This document shows, piece by piece, positions 39,210 through 48,938 of a stretch of 64,000 bases of DNA. Within the stretch, counting starts at the first letter, position 1, and every line of letters begins with the position of its first letter. The DNA comes from Sulfolobales archaeon (GTDB taxonomy: Archaea > Thermoproteota > Thermoprotei_A > Sulfolobales > NBVN01): positions 64,001 to 128,000 of the forward strand of contig JAWBTQ010000002.1 in the NCBI GenBank assembly GCA_038841535.1, written 5' to 3'. The position numbers and the translations under genes are program-made. The notes under the pieces are model-generated. The model was not told the origin of the DNA and made no database searches. It saw only the letters and a list, made by a program, of their open reading frames with translations.

Positions 39210-39223
39210 GAAAAAGTTTAAAA
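39210..39223 (+). promoter_or_regulatory. BRE/TATA promoter of aor (near-leaderless transcript)
   Basis: GAAAAAG-TTTAAAA, with the TATA starting about 28 nt upstream of ATG 39245. Confidence 0.6.
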
Positions 39224-39244
39224 CTGCTAATATAGTTTATAGAT

Positions 39245-41152
39245 ATGGTGGAATCTTTGCCAATCGGAGGTTATATGGGTAAAGTTCTCAGAGTAGACTT
39301 GACAAACCAGAGAGTTATCGACGAGCCACTCCCTCCCGAAGACATCCTGAGGAAGTGGATAGGCGGTAGAGGTCTAGGGGCTTACTACATACTCAAGGAG
39401 GTTGATCCTAAGGTCGACCCACTTAGTCCAGCAAACAAGGCCATCGTAGCTACCGGACCTCTCACGGGTATAGTGGGGATACCTTCGTCTGGTAGATGGT
39501 GCTCCGTAACGAAGTCTCCACTTAACAACACTCTACACGATTCCCAGAGTGGTGGGAAGTTCGGTCCTGAGCTAAAGTTTGCCGGCTACGACGCAATAAT
39601 AATTGAGGGTGCGTCTGAGAGGCCTGTGTACCTCTGGATCCATGACGGAAAAGCCGAGCTTAGGGACGCTAAGCACCTTTGGGGTAGAGATACTCACGAC
39701 ACTACCGACATCATACAGGAAGAACTAGCTCCTGTAGTAGGTAAAGACGAGGCTGCGAGAATCAAGGTGGCCTGCATCGGACCTGCGGGCGAGAGACTTG
39801 TTAGGATAGCCTGTATAATCAACGACAAGAGTAGGGCCGCCGGTCGAGGAGGACATGGCGCCGTATGGGGTAGCAAGAAGCTTAAGGCTATAGCAGTAAG
39901 AGGACATATGAAGCCCCCCATAGCTAATGAGGCTAAGTTTAGAGAAGTTGTCGTAAAGTCTATGGACCTCATAAAAAGGTCGGCGATTACTAGTGAGGCT
40001 TTACCGAAGTACGGTACGGCTGTTCTAGTCAACATAATAAACGCTCACGGGATCTACCCAACTAGGAACTTCCAGACCGGTGTGTTCCCGACGGCAGATA
40101 AGACTAGTGGTGAAACTATTGCTAGAGAAATAATGGACTGGGAGAAGCAGAGGGAAGAGGTTTGCTGGGGTTGTCCGATTGCGTGCGCTAGATACACTAA
40201 GATAACTAAGCCACCATTCACAGGAGAGGGGGGAGGACCGGAGTACGAGACGGTTTGGGCTCTCGGTGCTCAAACCGGTACAGACGATCTAGCAGCTATA
40301 TCTAAGGCAAACTATCTGTGCAATGAGCTAGGACTAGACACTATATCTATGGGTCACGTAATAGGGACGTTCATGGAGCTTGTTGAAAAAGGGAAGATTC
40401 CTCCAGAGAAGCTACGCGGTCTAAGAGCAACATGGGGTAGCGGAGAGGCCTTAATCGAGCTAACGTGGAGAACCGCTTACCGTAGCGGCATTGGAGACGA
40501 CATAGCCGAGGGGGCTCTCAGGCTAGCCCAGAAGTACGGAGCACCCGAGTTAGCTATGGTCGTTAGAGGCCAGGAGCTACCAGCGTATGATCCGAGAGGT
40601 GCGCAAGGCCACGGGCTAGCGTACGCTACGAGTAACAGGGGTGGCTGTCACCTCAGGGCCTACATGATCTCTCCTGAGATCTTAGGAGTTCCACAGTTAC
40701 TCGATAGGTTCGAGACTAAAGGTAAGGCAGGGTGGGTTAAGCACTTCCAGGACGTATTCGCAACTATAGATAGCTTAATTGTCTGCAAGTTCGTTACGTT
40801 CGCCTATTGGTCGGACGTCATGGCCGAGCAGCTATCAGCGGTAACAGGGTGGGACATAGCCAAGGAGGAGTTCGAGAAAATAGGTGAGAGAATATACAAC
40901 GCGGAGAGAGCCTTCAACGTGTTGTCCTTTGAAGATGGAGAGCAGTACGATACACTACCCAAGAGGCTACTAGAGGAGCCCATGCCTGAGGGACCGGCTA
41001 AAGGGCATGTAGTTAGATTGAGCGAAATGCTCCCGGAGTACTACAGCTTGAGAGGTTGGGTAAGGGGTAGACCGACAAGAGCGAAGCTGGAGGAGCTAGA
41101 CCTGAAGTGGTTAGCGGATAAGCTATCTGAAGCTAAATTACTCCTAGAGTAA
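39245..41152 (+). CDS. aor: Tungsten aldehyde:ferredoxin oxidoreductase (canonical AOR)
   Basis: CWGCPIAC, GPEYET, LGLDTIS, PAYDPRG, NRGGCH, CKF. Confidence 0.95.
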   Translation: MVESLPIGGYMGKVLRVDLTNQRVIDEPLPPEDILRKWIGGRGLGAYYILKEVDPKVDPLSPANKAIVATGPLTGIVGIPSSGRWCSVTKSPLNNTLHDSQSGGKFGPELKFAGYDAIIIEGASERPVYLWIHDGKAELRDAKHLWGRDTHDTTDIIQEELAPVVGKDEAARIKVACIGPAGERLVRIACIINDKSRAAGRGGHGAVWGSKKLKAIAVRGHMKPPIANEAKFREVVVKSMDLIKRSAITSEALPKYGTAVLVNIINAHGIYPTRNFQTGVFPTADKTSGETIAREIMDWEKQREEVCWGCPIACARYTKITKPPFTGEGGGPEYETVWALGAQTGTDDLAAISKANYLCNELGLDTISMGHVIGTFMELVEKGKIPPEKLRGLRATWGSGEALIELTWRTAYRSGIGDDIAEGALRLAQKYGAPELAMVVRGQELPAYDPRGAQGHGLAYATSNRGGCHLRAYMISPEILGVPQLLDRFETKGKAGWVKHFQDVFATIDSLIVCKFVTFAYWSDVMAEQLSAVTGWDIAKEEFEKIGERIYNAERAFNVLSFEDGEQYDTLPKRLLEEPMPEGPAKGHVVRLSEMLPEYYSLRGWVRGRPTRAKLEELDLKWLADKLSEAKLLLE

Positions 41153-41302
41153 ACATTAGCTTAAACTTTTTTTACAGCTCCACACGATTCTTAACTGAGG
41201 ACCATATTCGTTCTGTTGCGGATCTTCGCGACGACTACGTACTTTAGCCTAGGGAAAGTCTCGCGTGGATGAGCGCATTAAGCCGTTTAATCCTCAAGAA
41301 CA

Positions 41303-41398
41303 AGCCTCGCTCATTACGAGCAAGCTGATTATAATGGTATGACCCCACTAGCTCCCACCCTTCATTCTCCCTCACTTAGAGGGTGTCTGGAGGGTTCC
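41303..41398 (-). ncRNA. Candidate structured small RNA
   Basis: TTTAAAA TATA at 41426-41420 about 30 nt upstream; two hairpins; G-U pairs in the second hairpin favour the minus strand. Confidence 0.35.
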
Positions 41399-41736
41399 AT
41401 AACCATATGTTCTACAGACTTTTAAACCTCTACTTATATACCTTACCTACATCAAGCCGGTAAGGCGATAATACAGTTCAAAAAGTGTTTCCTTGGATTA
41501 CCCCCCAAATTAGCTCAGAAGTCGTTTTTAAACTACGAAGACTGGAAGAATGGTGAGTTCCACTAGAGATTGATTGTTGGCACCTCGAAGAGCGTTTAAT
41601 TCTTGGCTAAGGATAGAAAAGACGCAACTGCAGAAAATGATGGGCTCGATCTCCAAGGCAGTACGGTATGGGCTCGGCCTCTTCTTATTGGAAGTCAAGT
41701 TCTTAAAAAGCTTTAAGGTTAAGAAGCTCTAAAAGT

Positions 41737-43278
41737 ATGGCGAAGGTCTTGAAGCCCATTGGTGTAGTTGCTAGTGGATCAAAGTCGTTTTACGCCCCCG
41801 TATTGGTGTATAAGGACGCTGAGAGGTTTCTTCGTGAGGAGTCTCTTGCGTTTATTAGAGATAGAGTAACGGGTAAGCAGTACCTCGGTTTAATAAGGTG
41901 GTTATCTAAAATAGACCCCCTCTTGCCTGCGACCCAGAGGTCCGGAGTAGTGGATAACCCTAGACTTGCGGAAATAGCTACGAACATTCCATTCGAGACC
42001 TCATACGTCAGGATCATCGGGGAAATAAGTAGCGGAAGGCTTGAGCCTCCGGTAGACCCACCAACTCCAAGGAGCGAGGTGTTGCTTGTCGAGTCCCCCG
42101 AGGACCTCGCGCTCGAAGTTGGTGAGGGACTGACAATAGGGGAGCACAAGTACTCGGGGGTCAAGATACCCCTGAACCCCAGGTACCTGCCCTATCACAT
42201 TGGGGTAGTTGGGGCAACCGGGACCGGCAAGTCGAGGCTTGTGAAGGCCCTCATAGACGAGGTGCTAGCCAAGACGGATTGGAGAGTGATAGTGTTCGAC
42301 CACTCCGGGGTAGACTACGTATCTTACTACCCTCACAACGTAGTAGACGCATCCCTAGTAATGCCCGACCCCATAACCCTCGGCGAGCTAATATCAGAGA
42401 GGTCCATGCTTGAGAGACAGGAAGAGTACATACTGGCAACAGTGTATGCTTACATAGCTTCTTTCAAGAGAACTTCTGCTACAGCAACAACCCACGGCCC
42501 TCAAAGGGTCGATAAAGCTCTTAGCTCATCTGGAACCTCGTTCGCCTGTAGCATGAGATTTACCGAGGGCTTAGACTTCACAAATGCCGAGAAGCTTATG
42601 ACCGAGATAACGTGGGACATACACTTGTTCCGTAAGTGCGTCGAGAGGGTAGGCAAAGAGTTTGAAGCCAAGGACCCAACCGTAGCTAAGATGAGTTTAC
42701 TCGTAGGGACCTACTCCAAGGAGCTGATAGAGTCTCTTAACGAAAAGAAGCTCACGGCCCGTGACGCAGTCGATCGAGCTCTAAGGGAGAGGTTGGTCGT
42801 TATTGACTTGAGTAGCGTCGAGATAGTCGTGAGGAGATATATAGTGAAATCCGTTTTAGACGAGCTGTGGAAACTCGTAGACGAGCGCGGAGAGAGGCCC
42901 AGGACGCTGGTGATAGTAGACGAAGCACACAACTACGCCTGCATGGGGTGTGGAGCCTCTTTACGTTCGATTGAGAGAACCGCGAGAGAGGGGAGGAAAT
43001 GGGAGATCGGGTTGGTGCTGGCTAGCCAGAGGACAATCGACTTCTCGACTGACATCAGAAACAACATAAACACGTTCTACTTCAGCAGGCTACAGACCCC
43101 CGGAGACTTCGAGAATCTTCGGGGAGTCTTAGACTTAGGGGGCTTGGGTCCGGAGTCCCTGTCAGTTCTCGGAATACGAGAGTTCTTCTTCGCCGGCCTC
43201 GGGAATCCTCTAAGATTTCCAATACTCATTCGGGTGAGGGAAGTTGGGGAGCCAACTCTGGGGGGAAGAGCAGCCTAA
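41737..43278 (+). CDS. herA: HerA/FtsK-family ATPase with N-terminal HAS barrel
   Basis: PPTPRSEV, HIGVVGATGTGKS, VIDLS, VDEAHNY, REGRK, ASQR. Confidence 0.9.
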   Translation: MAKVLKPIGVVASGSKSFYAPVLVYKDAERFLREESLAFIRDRVTGKQYLGLIRWLSKIDPLLPATQRSGVVDNPRLAEIATNIPFETSYVRIIGEISSGRLEPPVDPPTPRSEVLLVESPEDLALEVGEGLTIGEHKYSGVKIPLNPRYLPYHIGVVGATGTGKSRLVKALIDEVLAKTDWRVIVFDHSGVDYVSYYPHNVVDASLVMPDPITLGELISERSMLERQEEYILATVYAYIASFKRTSATATTHGPQRVDKALSSSGTSFACSMRFTEGLDFTNAEKLMTEITWDIHLFRKCVERVGKEFEAKDPTVAKMSLLVGTYSKELIESLNEKKLTARDAVDRALRERLVVIDLSSVEIVVRRYIVKSVLDELWKLVDERGERPRTLVIVDEAHNYACMGCGASLRSIERTAREGRKWEIGLVLASQRTIDFSTDIRNNINTFYFSRLQTPGDFENLRGVLDLGGLGPESLSVLGIREFFFAGLGNPLRFPILIRVREVGEPTLGGRAA

Positions 43279-44410
43279 AACGGAGGGAGCCGTTGGTATA
43301 GCCCCCGAGCTACTAGGGGAAGCTCTTGACTCCGTAGTTATTAAGATAGATAGAGTCGCCTCAATAGCTGGGATAGCATCTAGAGCTAGAGAGAGATTGG
43401 TCTCGAGCGGTGCCATAAGGAGAGCCACCTACATTGGAGATAAGTGCTTCTTAAGCATAGACTCGAGCTATACTTCTCCCCCTCTAGAGCTTGTCGGGGG
43501 ATATCTCGGCCTCATCTTCGTAGTCAGCGTCCTCTACGGCAAGGAGTGTCGCTCTGCCTTATCGGAGTTTGAGGTCGTGGCTCACGCAACGTACGATCCG
43601 ACTAGGGATTTAACTAGGGTCGAAGCCAGAAGACTCGAGAGGGAGAAAGCCATAGAGGCCCTAAGGAGGAAGTCTAGAGGGGAAGTCTACTTCGACATCA
43701 TCATACTCGACGGTGAGGTTCTACCCAGACTGTCGCCAAGGCTCCTCGCTGGAGCTGGCGTAGAATCAGAGAAAGCTAGAGAGCTAGTGAGACTAACTGA
43801 CACCATGGTCCTTCTGGCCGAAAAAACTAAAACTCCGGTCGTGGGAGTACTCAAAAGGAGCTACTCCAAGGATGCACTAGCAGTGCTCGGGTACTTCCTA
43901 GACGTCGACTTAAGCGATAGAGCCTTCATGACGTACGTTTTAGAGCCCGGGGAATTCGCTGTCATAGGGGACTATAGGTCCATAGCATCTGCTTACCAGA
44001 GTCTAGTTGACGACTACGGAGATGCTTACCCTAGAGAGGTTTCGCCTGCTAGGTACAGGCTCGCTTGGCTAAAGCAGATGCTTAGGTATTCAAACATAGC
44101 CGATAGGATGAAAATGGCGTTCTACAGACCCCATTCAGGGATCAGCACTACTGCAGTCAAGATAGAGTACGACTCGGTAGACCTAAGTGACGAGGAGCTA
44201 GTCTCATCAGTAACGTCTGTGAGCGAGGCGACGGGCTTCCCGGCGCCAGTGGATTACGCCGATACCTTATCGCAGATACCGAGTGACGTTAGGTTTACAT
44301 TGTACCAGCTAGTGCTACAGAAGATAAGTGAAGCTAATCCGGACGTAGCGCAGAAGTTATTTACGCTGGTAAACCCGCAGAAACTCGCCTCGATAGGGTT
44401 GAGGACGTAG
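43244..44410 (+). CDS. nurA: NurA family nuclease
   Basis: SIDSS, LE, ILDG, GVLKR, SD, GFPAPVDYAD; overlaps herA. Confidence 0.85.
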   Translation: MGSQLWGEEQPKTEGAVGIAPELLGEALDSVVIKIDRVASIAGIASRARERLVSSGAIRRATYIGDKCFLSIDSSYTSPPLELVGGYLGLIFVVSVLYGKECRSALSEFEVVAHATYDPTRDLTRVEARRLEREKAIEALRRKSRGEVYFDIIILDGEVLPRLSPRLLAGAGVESEKARELVRLTDTMVLLAEKTKTPVVGVLKRSYSKDALAVLGYFLDVDLSDRAFMTYVLEPGEFAVIGDYRSIASAYQSLVDDYGDAYPREVSPARYRLAWLKQMLRYSNIADRMKMAFYRPHSGISTTAVKIEYDSVDLSDEELVSSVTSVSEATGFPAPVDYADTLSQIPSDVRFTLYQLVLQKISEANPDVAQKLFTLVNPQKLASIGLRT

Positions 44411-44491
44411 CGGACCCATGAGACGCACCAGAGGCTCGCCTAGGTTGTCAGCTATATAATCTCTACTAAACTACGTACTCGGCTGGCGACT

Positions 44492-44830
44492 ATGTCGAGA
44501 GGAGGAAGCATTCCCCTCGGAACCTTGGTAGGCTTCATAGTGCTTCTGATGTTTGGTTGGGTGCCCATCTTGGGGCCTCTCGTGGCCGGCTTTGCGGCTG
44601 GACTCATAGCCAGGGGAGCATTACGGGGCTTTGCGGCCGGGTTCCTAGCCGGTATTCTCGGGGCAGTACTCGTCGGACTATCACTGAGTCTACTTGGAGC
44701 GCTACTATGGGGACTGATGGGGGCGTTAATCGGGTGGATAATAGGGTTTGGAGGAGTACTGTTGCTGTCCATTAGTATAGCCATACTCACTGCGCTAGGG
44801 GGTCTAATAGGCGGCGCTCTTAGGAGCTAG
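44492..44830 (+). CDS. Small Gly-rich membrane protein (DUF5518-like)
   Basis: PILGPLVAGFAAG, several TM helices, LGGLIGG end. Confidence 0.65.
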   Translation: MSRGGSIPLGTLVGFIVLLMFGWVPILGPLVAGFAAGLIARGALRGFAAGFLAGILGAVLVGLSLSLLGALLWGLMGALIGWIIGFGGVLLLSISIAILTALGGLIGGALRS

Positions 44831-45040
44831 CGACAGCGCGAAGCGTCCTAGGTGGTGTACAAACTCGTCTATATAGTGCTCATTCCGACCTATATTTCAC
44901 GTCTCCGGACCTTCACGAACTTAGAGCACGTAGAATACATAGGTTCATGGCCTTGATTAGCGATATGCGGAGAGAGAAACCCTCAGGTACTCATTAGAGC
45001 GGACTCGTCGAGGGACTGAAGCAACCCCGCTCGGGAGTCG

Positions 45041-46168
45041 TCAGCACACCCTATAATACCTAACCTTTCGCCTTCCCTTGGACTTAAACTCGCTGCACAC
45101 TTTACCCATCTCCTCCATCGACTCTAGGACCTTATAGATTCCGCGAAGGGAATAAGCGGGAAAAACCTTCCATACTTCGTACGCCGTAGCCTCCCCACTT
45201 CTCTCTAGTACGCGAATTATCTCTTTACGCACATCTTTATCTGCCTTCCTGCTAGCCGAAAGAGGTCTAAAGCCCATAGTTACGACTGCTATGGAGTTCC
45301 CCATGTTTTCGGCTACAGTGTAGGCAGATGCGGATAGAGACTTCGTTTTGACTCCACTTTTCCAGAGCCTCACCAAGGAGTTAAACGCTTCATCCCTACT
45401 TATCTCGACGAGCTTGATCGACCTAGCGAACTCGGGTAGAATGAGGTTCTTCACTCCTTTAATCGAGGTAGCCACTACTTCGTAGGATGCGTTTACACCC
45501 ACATCCTCTAGGTCTCTAAAGCCCTTCCAGATCGAGTAAGCTAGCAATCCTGTCCTCGCTGGAACAACTACTCTATCTACTCTAAGCCTCCTCTCATATA
45601 TCTCGAGAGCGATAGTTTTCAGCCCCTCCACAGTGAGAGGGGTTGCGTAGCCTAATAGGGAGGCCTTCCCATTCTCGCCGAAGACCAGCTTCACATTCCC
45701 GGTTCGCAACAGTATGTCTACATCTAAGTAGTCAAGCGATAAAGGATCCTCCACGACTACTTCGACAGAGGAGACTCCGTTAAGGTAGTAAGCGAGGGAG
45801 TAGGTGAAGTCTTCCTCGAACTTCGTTCTAATGGTTACGAATCCCTTTGAGAGTACGTAGCTCGCTATGACGGAGGAAGCTCTATCAGAGTAAGTGCCTG
45901 TGGGATTGTAACGCTCGTTTTTGACTAGCACTCCTCCAACAGTGTTTACTGGAGTCAACCCCTCTCCCTTCGAGATAACCTTCTCTAATTTAGGTAGCAC
46001 AGACCTGTATCTCCAAATGCCCGGCCCTGCTCTTTCCACTCTAAACACTCCATACGGGTACTTGAAGACCGTAAGCCACCCACAACTCGGGCAGGTAAAG
46101 ACCTCTTCGCTGTACGCTCTTCCACACTTTCCGCAGACCAGCAATTCCTGAGCTACTGCCGTACTCAA
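45041..46168 (-). CDS. Threonine-synthase-fold pseudoenzyme with N-terminal Zn ribbon and C-terminal winged HTH
   Basis: CGKC..CPSC, IWRY, GEGLTP, NPTGTYSDR (catalytic K to S), EGLKT, wHTH TAYEVWK..SLRGIYKVL..GRRKVRYY. Confidence 0.8.
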   Translation of the reverse strand: MSTAVAQELLVCGKCGRAYSEEVFTCPSCGWLTVFKYPYGVFRVERAGPGIWRYRSVLPKLEKVISKGEGLTPVNTVGGVLVKNERYNPTGTYSDRASSVIASYVLSKGFVTIRTKFEEDFTYSLAYYLNGVSSVEVVVEDPLSLDYLDVDILLRTGNVKLVFGENGKASLLGYATPLTVEGLKTIALEIYERRLRVDRVVVPARTGLLAYSIWKGFRDLEDVGVNASYEVVATSIKGVKNLILPEFARSIKLVEISRDEAFNSLVRLWKSGVKTKSLSASAYTVAENMGNSIAVVTMGFRPLSASRKADKDVRKEIIRVLERSGEATAYEVWKVFPAYSLRGIYKVLESMEEMGKVCSEFKSKGRRKVRYYRVC

Positions 46169-46179
46169 GGCTAGGACCG

Positions 46180-46788
46180 CTACTTCCTCACTAACGAGAC
46201 CATGTACTCGTACAGTCTTGTGTCTCCTGAGATCTCTGGATGGAACGTTACAGCGAGAACATTATTCTGGATAGCCACCGTACCCACTTTACCGATATCT
46301 GGGTGGTCGAGATAGCCCACTATCCTCGCATCACCCCAGGCTTCAACTATCGCAGGCGCTCTTATGAAGACCGCCCTCACAGTGCCTATTCCATCGACGA
46401 AGACCTCCGTTTCAAAAGACTCTCTTTGTCGGCCGAAGGCATTTCTTCGTATAGCTATATTCATCAACTCGAGGAGAGGTTGCCCTGTCTCGCCAACCAC
46501 TCTATCTACTACTTTCTTAGCTAGGAGTACTGCCCCAGCGCAAGTCCCCATTACAGGCTTTCCTTCTCTCGCTAGGTCTGCGATAGCTACGTCCATTCCC
46601 GTGACTCTCATTAAACTACCTATGGCGGTAGACTCGCCCCCGGGTATGATCAGAGTATCTATACCTACTAAGTCTCTAGGTGACTTAACCGGTACAGCCC
46701 TAACCCCGCTGAGCTCGGAAAGCAACTGCAGGTGCTCTAGGAAGTCTCCCTGGAGGCTCAGCACTCCGACTACTACCAAGTTACTCAC
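46180..46788 (-). CDS. pdxT: PLP synthase glutaminase subunit
   Basis: [35 protein letters not shown]. Confidence 0.97.
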   Translation of the reverse strand: MSNLVVVGVLSLQGDFLEHLQLLSELSGVRAVPVKSPRDLVGIDTLIIPGGESTAIGSLMRVTGMDVAIADLAREGKPVMGTCAGAVLLAKKVVDRVVGETGQPLLELMNIAIRRNAFGRQRESFETEVFVDGIGTVRAVFIRAPAIVEAWGDARIVGYLDHPDIGKVGTVAIQNNVLAVTFHPEISGDTRLYEYMVSLVRK

Positions 46789-47794
46789 CCCTCACTTGCA
46801 TGAGCTCCTCCGGCTTCAGCCTCCTCACGTCCATCCCCGTCATTGAGGACCTCTCGGAAACCATTTTCTGAGCTTCGGCAACGATCTCCGGGTCGTCGTA
46901 ATAGGTAGTAGCCAGTACTATAGCTCTAGCCCTAGCCTCCGGGTCTGAGCTCTTGAAGATCCCAGAGCCCACGAAGACCCCATCGGCCCCCAACCACATC
47001 ATGAGCGCAGCATCTGCCGGTGTAGCGATGCCTCCAGCAGCAAAGTTTACGACGGGCAGTCTACCGAGTCTCGCAGTAAGTAGAACTAGTTCATAGGGAG
47101 TCTTGTTCTCCTTCGCGTATACCCAAAGAGCCTCGATGTCTCTCGATGTGTAGTATCCTTTCAGTGTTGCGATATCTCTATTAACGAGCTTCATGTGCTT
47201 TACTGCCTCCGCAACGTTACCCGTACCGGGCTCTCCCTTCGTTCTTATCATAGACGCTCCCTCAAATATTCTCCTCAGTGCTTCCGGGAGGTTTCTTGCT
47301 CCGTTCACGAACGGCACTCTAAACTCCCACTTGTTAATGTGGGCTCTCTCGTCTACTGGAGTGAGGACCTCGCTCTCATCTATGAGGTCTACACCTACCT
47401 CTTCGAGCAGCCTTGCCTCCTCGGTGTGCCCTATTCTGCACTTAGCAGATACGGGTATTGTAATAACATCCGTAACTCTCTGAATGACGTCCAACCCAGC
47501 CGTTCGGGCAACACCTCCAGATACCCTGACGTCGTAGGGGAGCTTATCGAGGACCATGACACCCACAGCACCAGCGTCTTCAGCTATTTCAGCCTGCTTC
47601 TCGCTAGTGACATCCATTATTACTCCTCCCTTAAGCATTGACACGAAGCCTAGCTTAACCAGAGTACCCCCTAACTTAATAAGCGGGAGCGAACCACCCT
47701 CCGCAGAAGACCTATCCCTAAGTTCCAGTAGTTGGTATATCAAGTCGCGAAGCTTCTCGATAAATACGTAAGAGTCAGTGAGCTTCACTTGCAC
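46781..47794 (-). CDS. pdxS: PLP synthase lyase subunit
   Basis: [49 protein letters not shown]. Confidence 0.97.
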   Translation of the reverse strand: MQVKLTDSYVFIEKLRDLIYQLLELRDRSSAEGGSLPLIKLGGTLVKLGFVSMLKGGVIMDVTSEKQAEIAEDAGAVGVMVLDKLPYDVRVSGGVARTAGLDVIQRVTDVITIPVSAKCRIGHTEEARLLEEVGVDLIDESEVLTPVDERAHINKWEFRVPFVNGARNLPEALRRIFEGASMIRTKGEPGTGNVAEAVKHMKLVNRDIATLKGYYTSRDIEALWVYAKENKTPYELVLLTARLGRLPVVNFAAGGIATPADAALMMWLGADGVFVGSGIFKSSDPEARARAIVLATTYYDDPEIVAEAQKMVSERSSMTGMDVRRLKPEELMQVRGE

Positions 47795-47823
47795 ACCGCC
47801 AGTATAGCTTTCGGCCTCCCTGA

Positions 47824-47846
47824 AATAACTGTTATTGAACGTTCAA
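47824..47846. promoter_or_regulatory. Overlapping inverted repeats upstream of pdxS (candidate operator)
   Basis: Perfect palindrome TTGAACGTTCAA (47835-47846) and AATAAC-T-GTTATT (47824-47836), 30-52 nt upstream of the pdxS start. Confidence 0.55.
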
Positions 47847-47996
47847 CAGGTTTCCCAAAAATTCGAAACTTCGGTAATCTAAGGGGTAGGTAGGCGAAGG
47901 TCAAAAAGTGAAGCAATGTCCAAGCCGGCTTGTTTTAAGTACTTGTGACAGGATCTACTGGGGATAGCAATATCTGCTGCTCTACTAGTACTACTT

Positions 47997-48863
47997 GTGC
48001 TTGTAATCCTGTCAGTACTAGCATTAGCTCTCAGAGAGATTCGCCGCTCGAGACTTGCTAAGGCTGTTGTTGCTGTTAAAAAAATGCTGGTTACTGGTGA
48101 GGAGGGAGTCTCCTTTTCTAGACCTCTGAACGCTGAGCTCGGCAGGCTAACGATTGTTGGGATAGTTGGCAGGAAAGGTTACAGAGCCCTCGCAGAGTTC
48201 ACACCTTCATCTAAACTCCTGCTCGGCAGTATTCGCTACCGTGACCTATGCTCAGGGGGTTACCTACTCGCCGTAGACAGTGTAGGTAACGGCTACTTGA
48301 ACACGCCAGCCGTCAGGATTTTGATAAAACCATTCGAAAACGTTCTTGTCGCATGTTTAGACCCGTCGGAAGTCCATACAGTAGCGAAGTCCATTGAAAT
48401 AGTTGAGGAGAATTCGACAGCAAAAAGCGTTATTCACGTCTCCGGCGGTAGGTACTCAGCTAGAGTCTCATGGGAATCTTTCGTGCTGCCCTCCTGGAGG
48501 CTAGTCTACGAGCCGATGAGAGGGTCCTACAGAATCGTGAAAGAACCCGGGGTTGGAGTAAGAGTAAGGAGCGTGCGCGTAGAAGTCTGTGCTAAGTCTT
48601 TAAGCTACTTCACTCCCGAGATCTGCGCTACCATTACTAGGCTGGCAAAAGTGGATAGTGAAGCCTCCGGCACACTAGAAGGACTAATAGGTAGGAGGCT
48701 CGTGGTTGTGCACATGGCTTACGTAAACCTCCTCGACCTAGCTAGAGAGCTCGGGATAGCTAGATACCCACACATATCTGGGTACTCTAGCGGCTATATT
48801 AAAGCTAAGTTAACTATGGAGGTACCGATGGCTAAGAACATAGTAAGGGAAGAACCGGTCTAG
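47997..48863 (+). CDS. Hypothetical protein with N-terminal membrane anchor
   Basis: Hydrophobic N-terminus followed by a basic stretch and a beta-rich domain; no family recognised. Confidence 0.6.
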   Translation: MLVILSVLALALREIRRSRLAKAVVAVKKMLVTGEEGVSFSRPLNAELGRLTIVGIVGRKGYRALAEFTPSSKLLLGSIRYRDLCSGGYLLAVDSVGNGYLNTPAVRILIKPFENVLVACLDPSEVHTVAKSIEIVEENSTAKSVIHVSGGRYSARVSWESFVLPSWRLVYEPMRGSYRIVKEPGVGVRVRSVRVEVCAKSLSYFTPEICATITRLAKVDSEASGTLEGLIGRRLVVVHMAYVNLLDLARELGIARYPHISGYSSGYIKAKLTMEVPMAKNIVREEPV

Positions 48864-48938
48864 ATAGCTTACTTATCCGTCACTACGTTTACCCATGTTC
48901 TGAAATTGGTATATTTACTATGGCTAAAAAGAATACCT

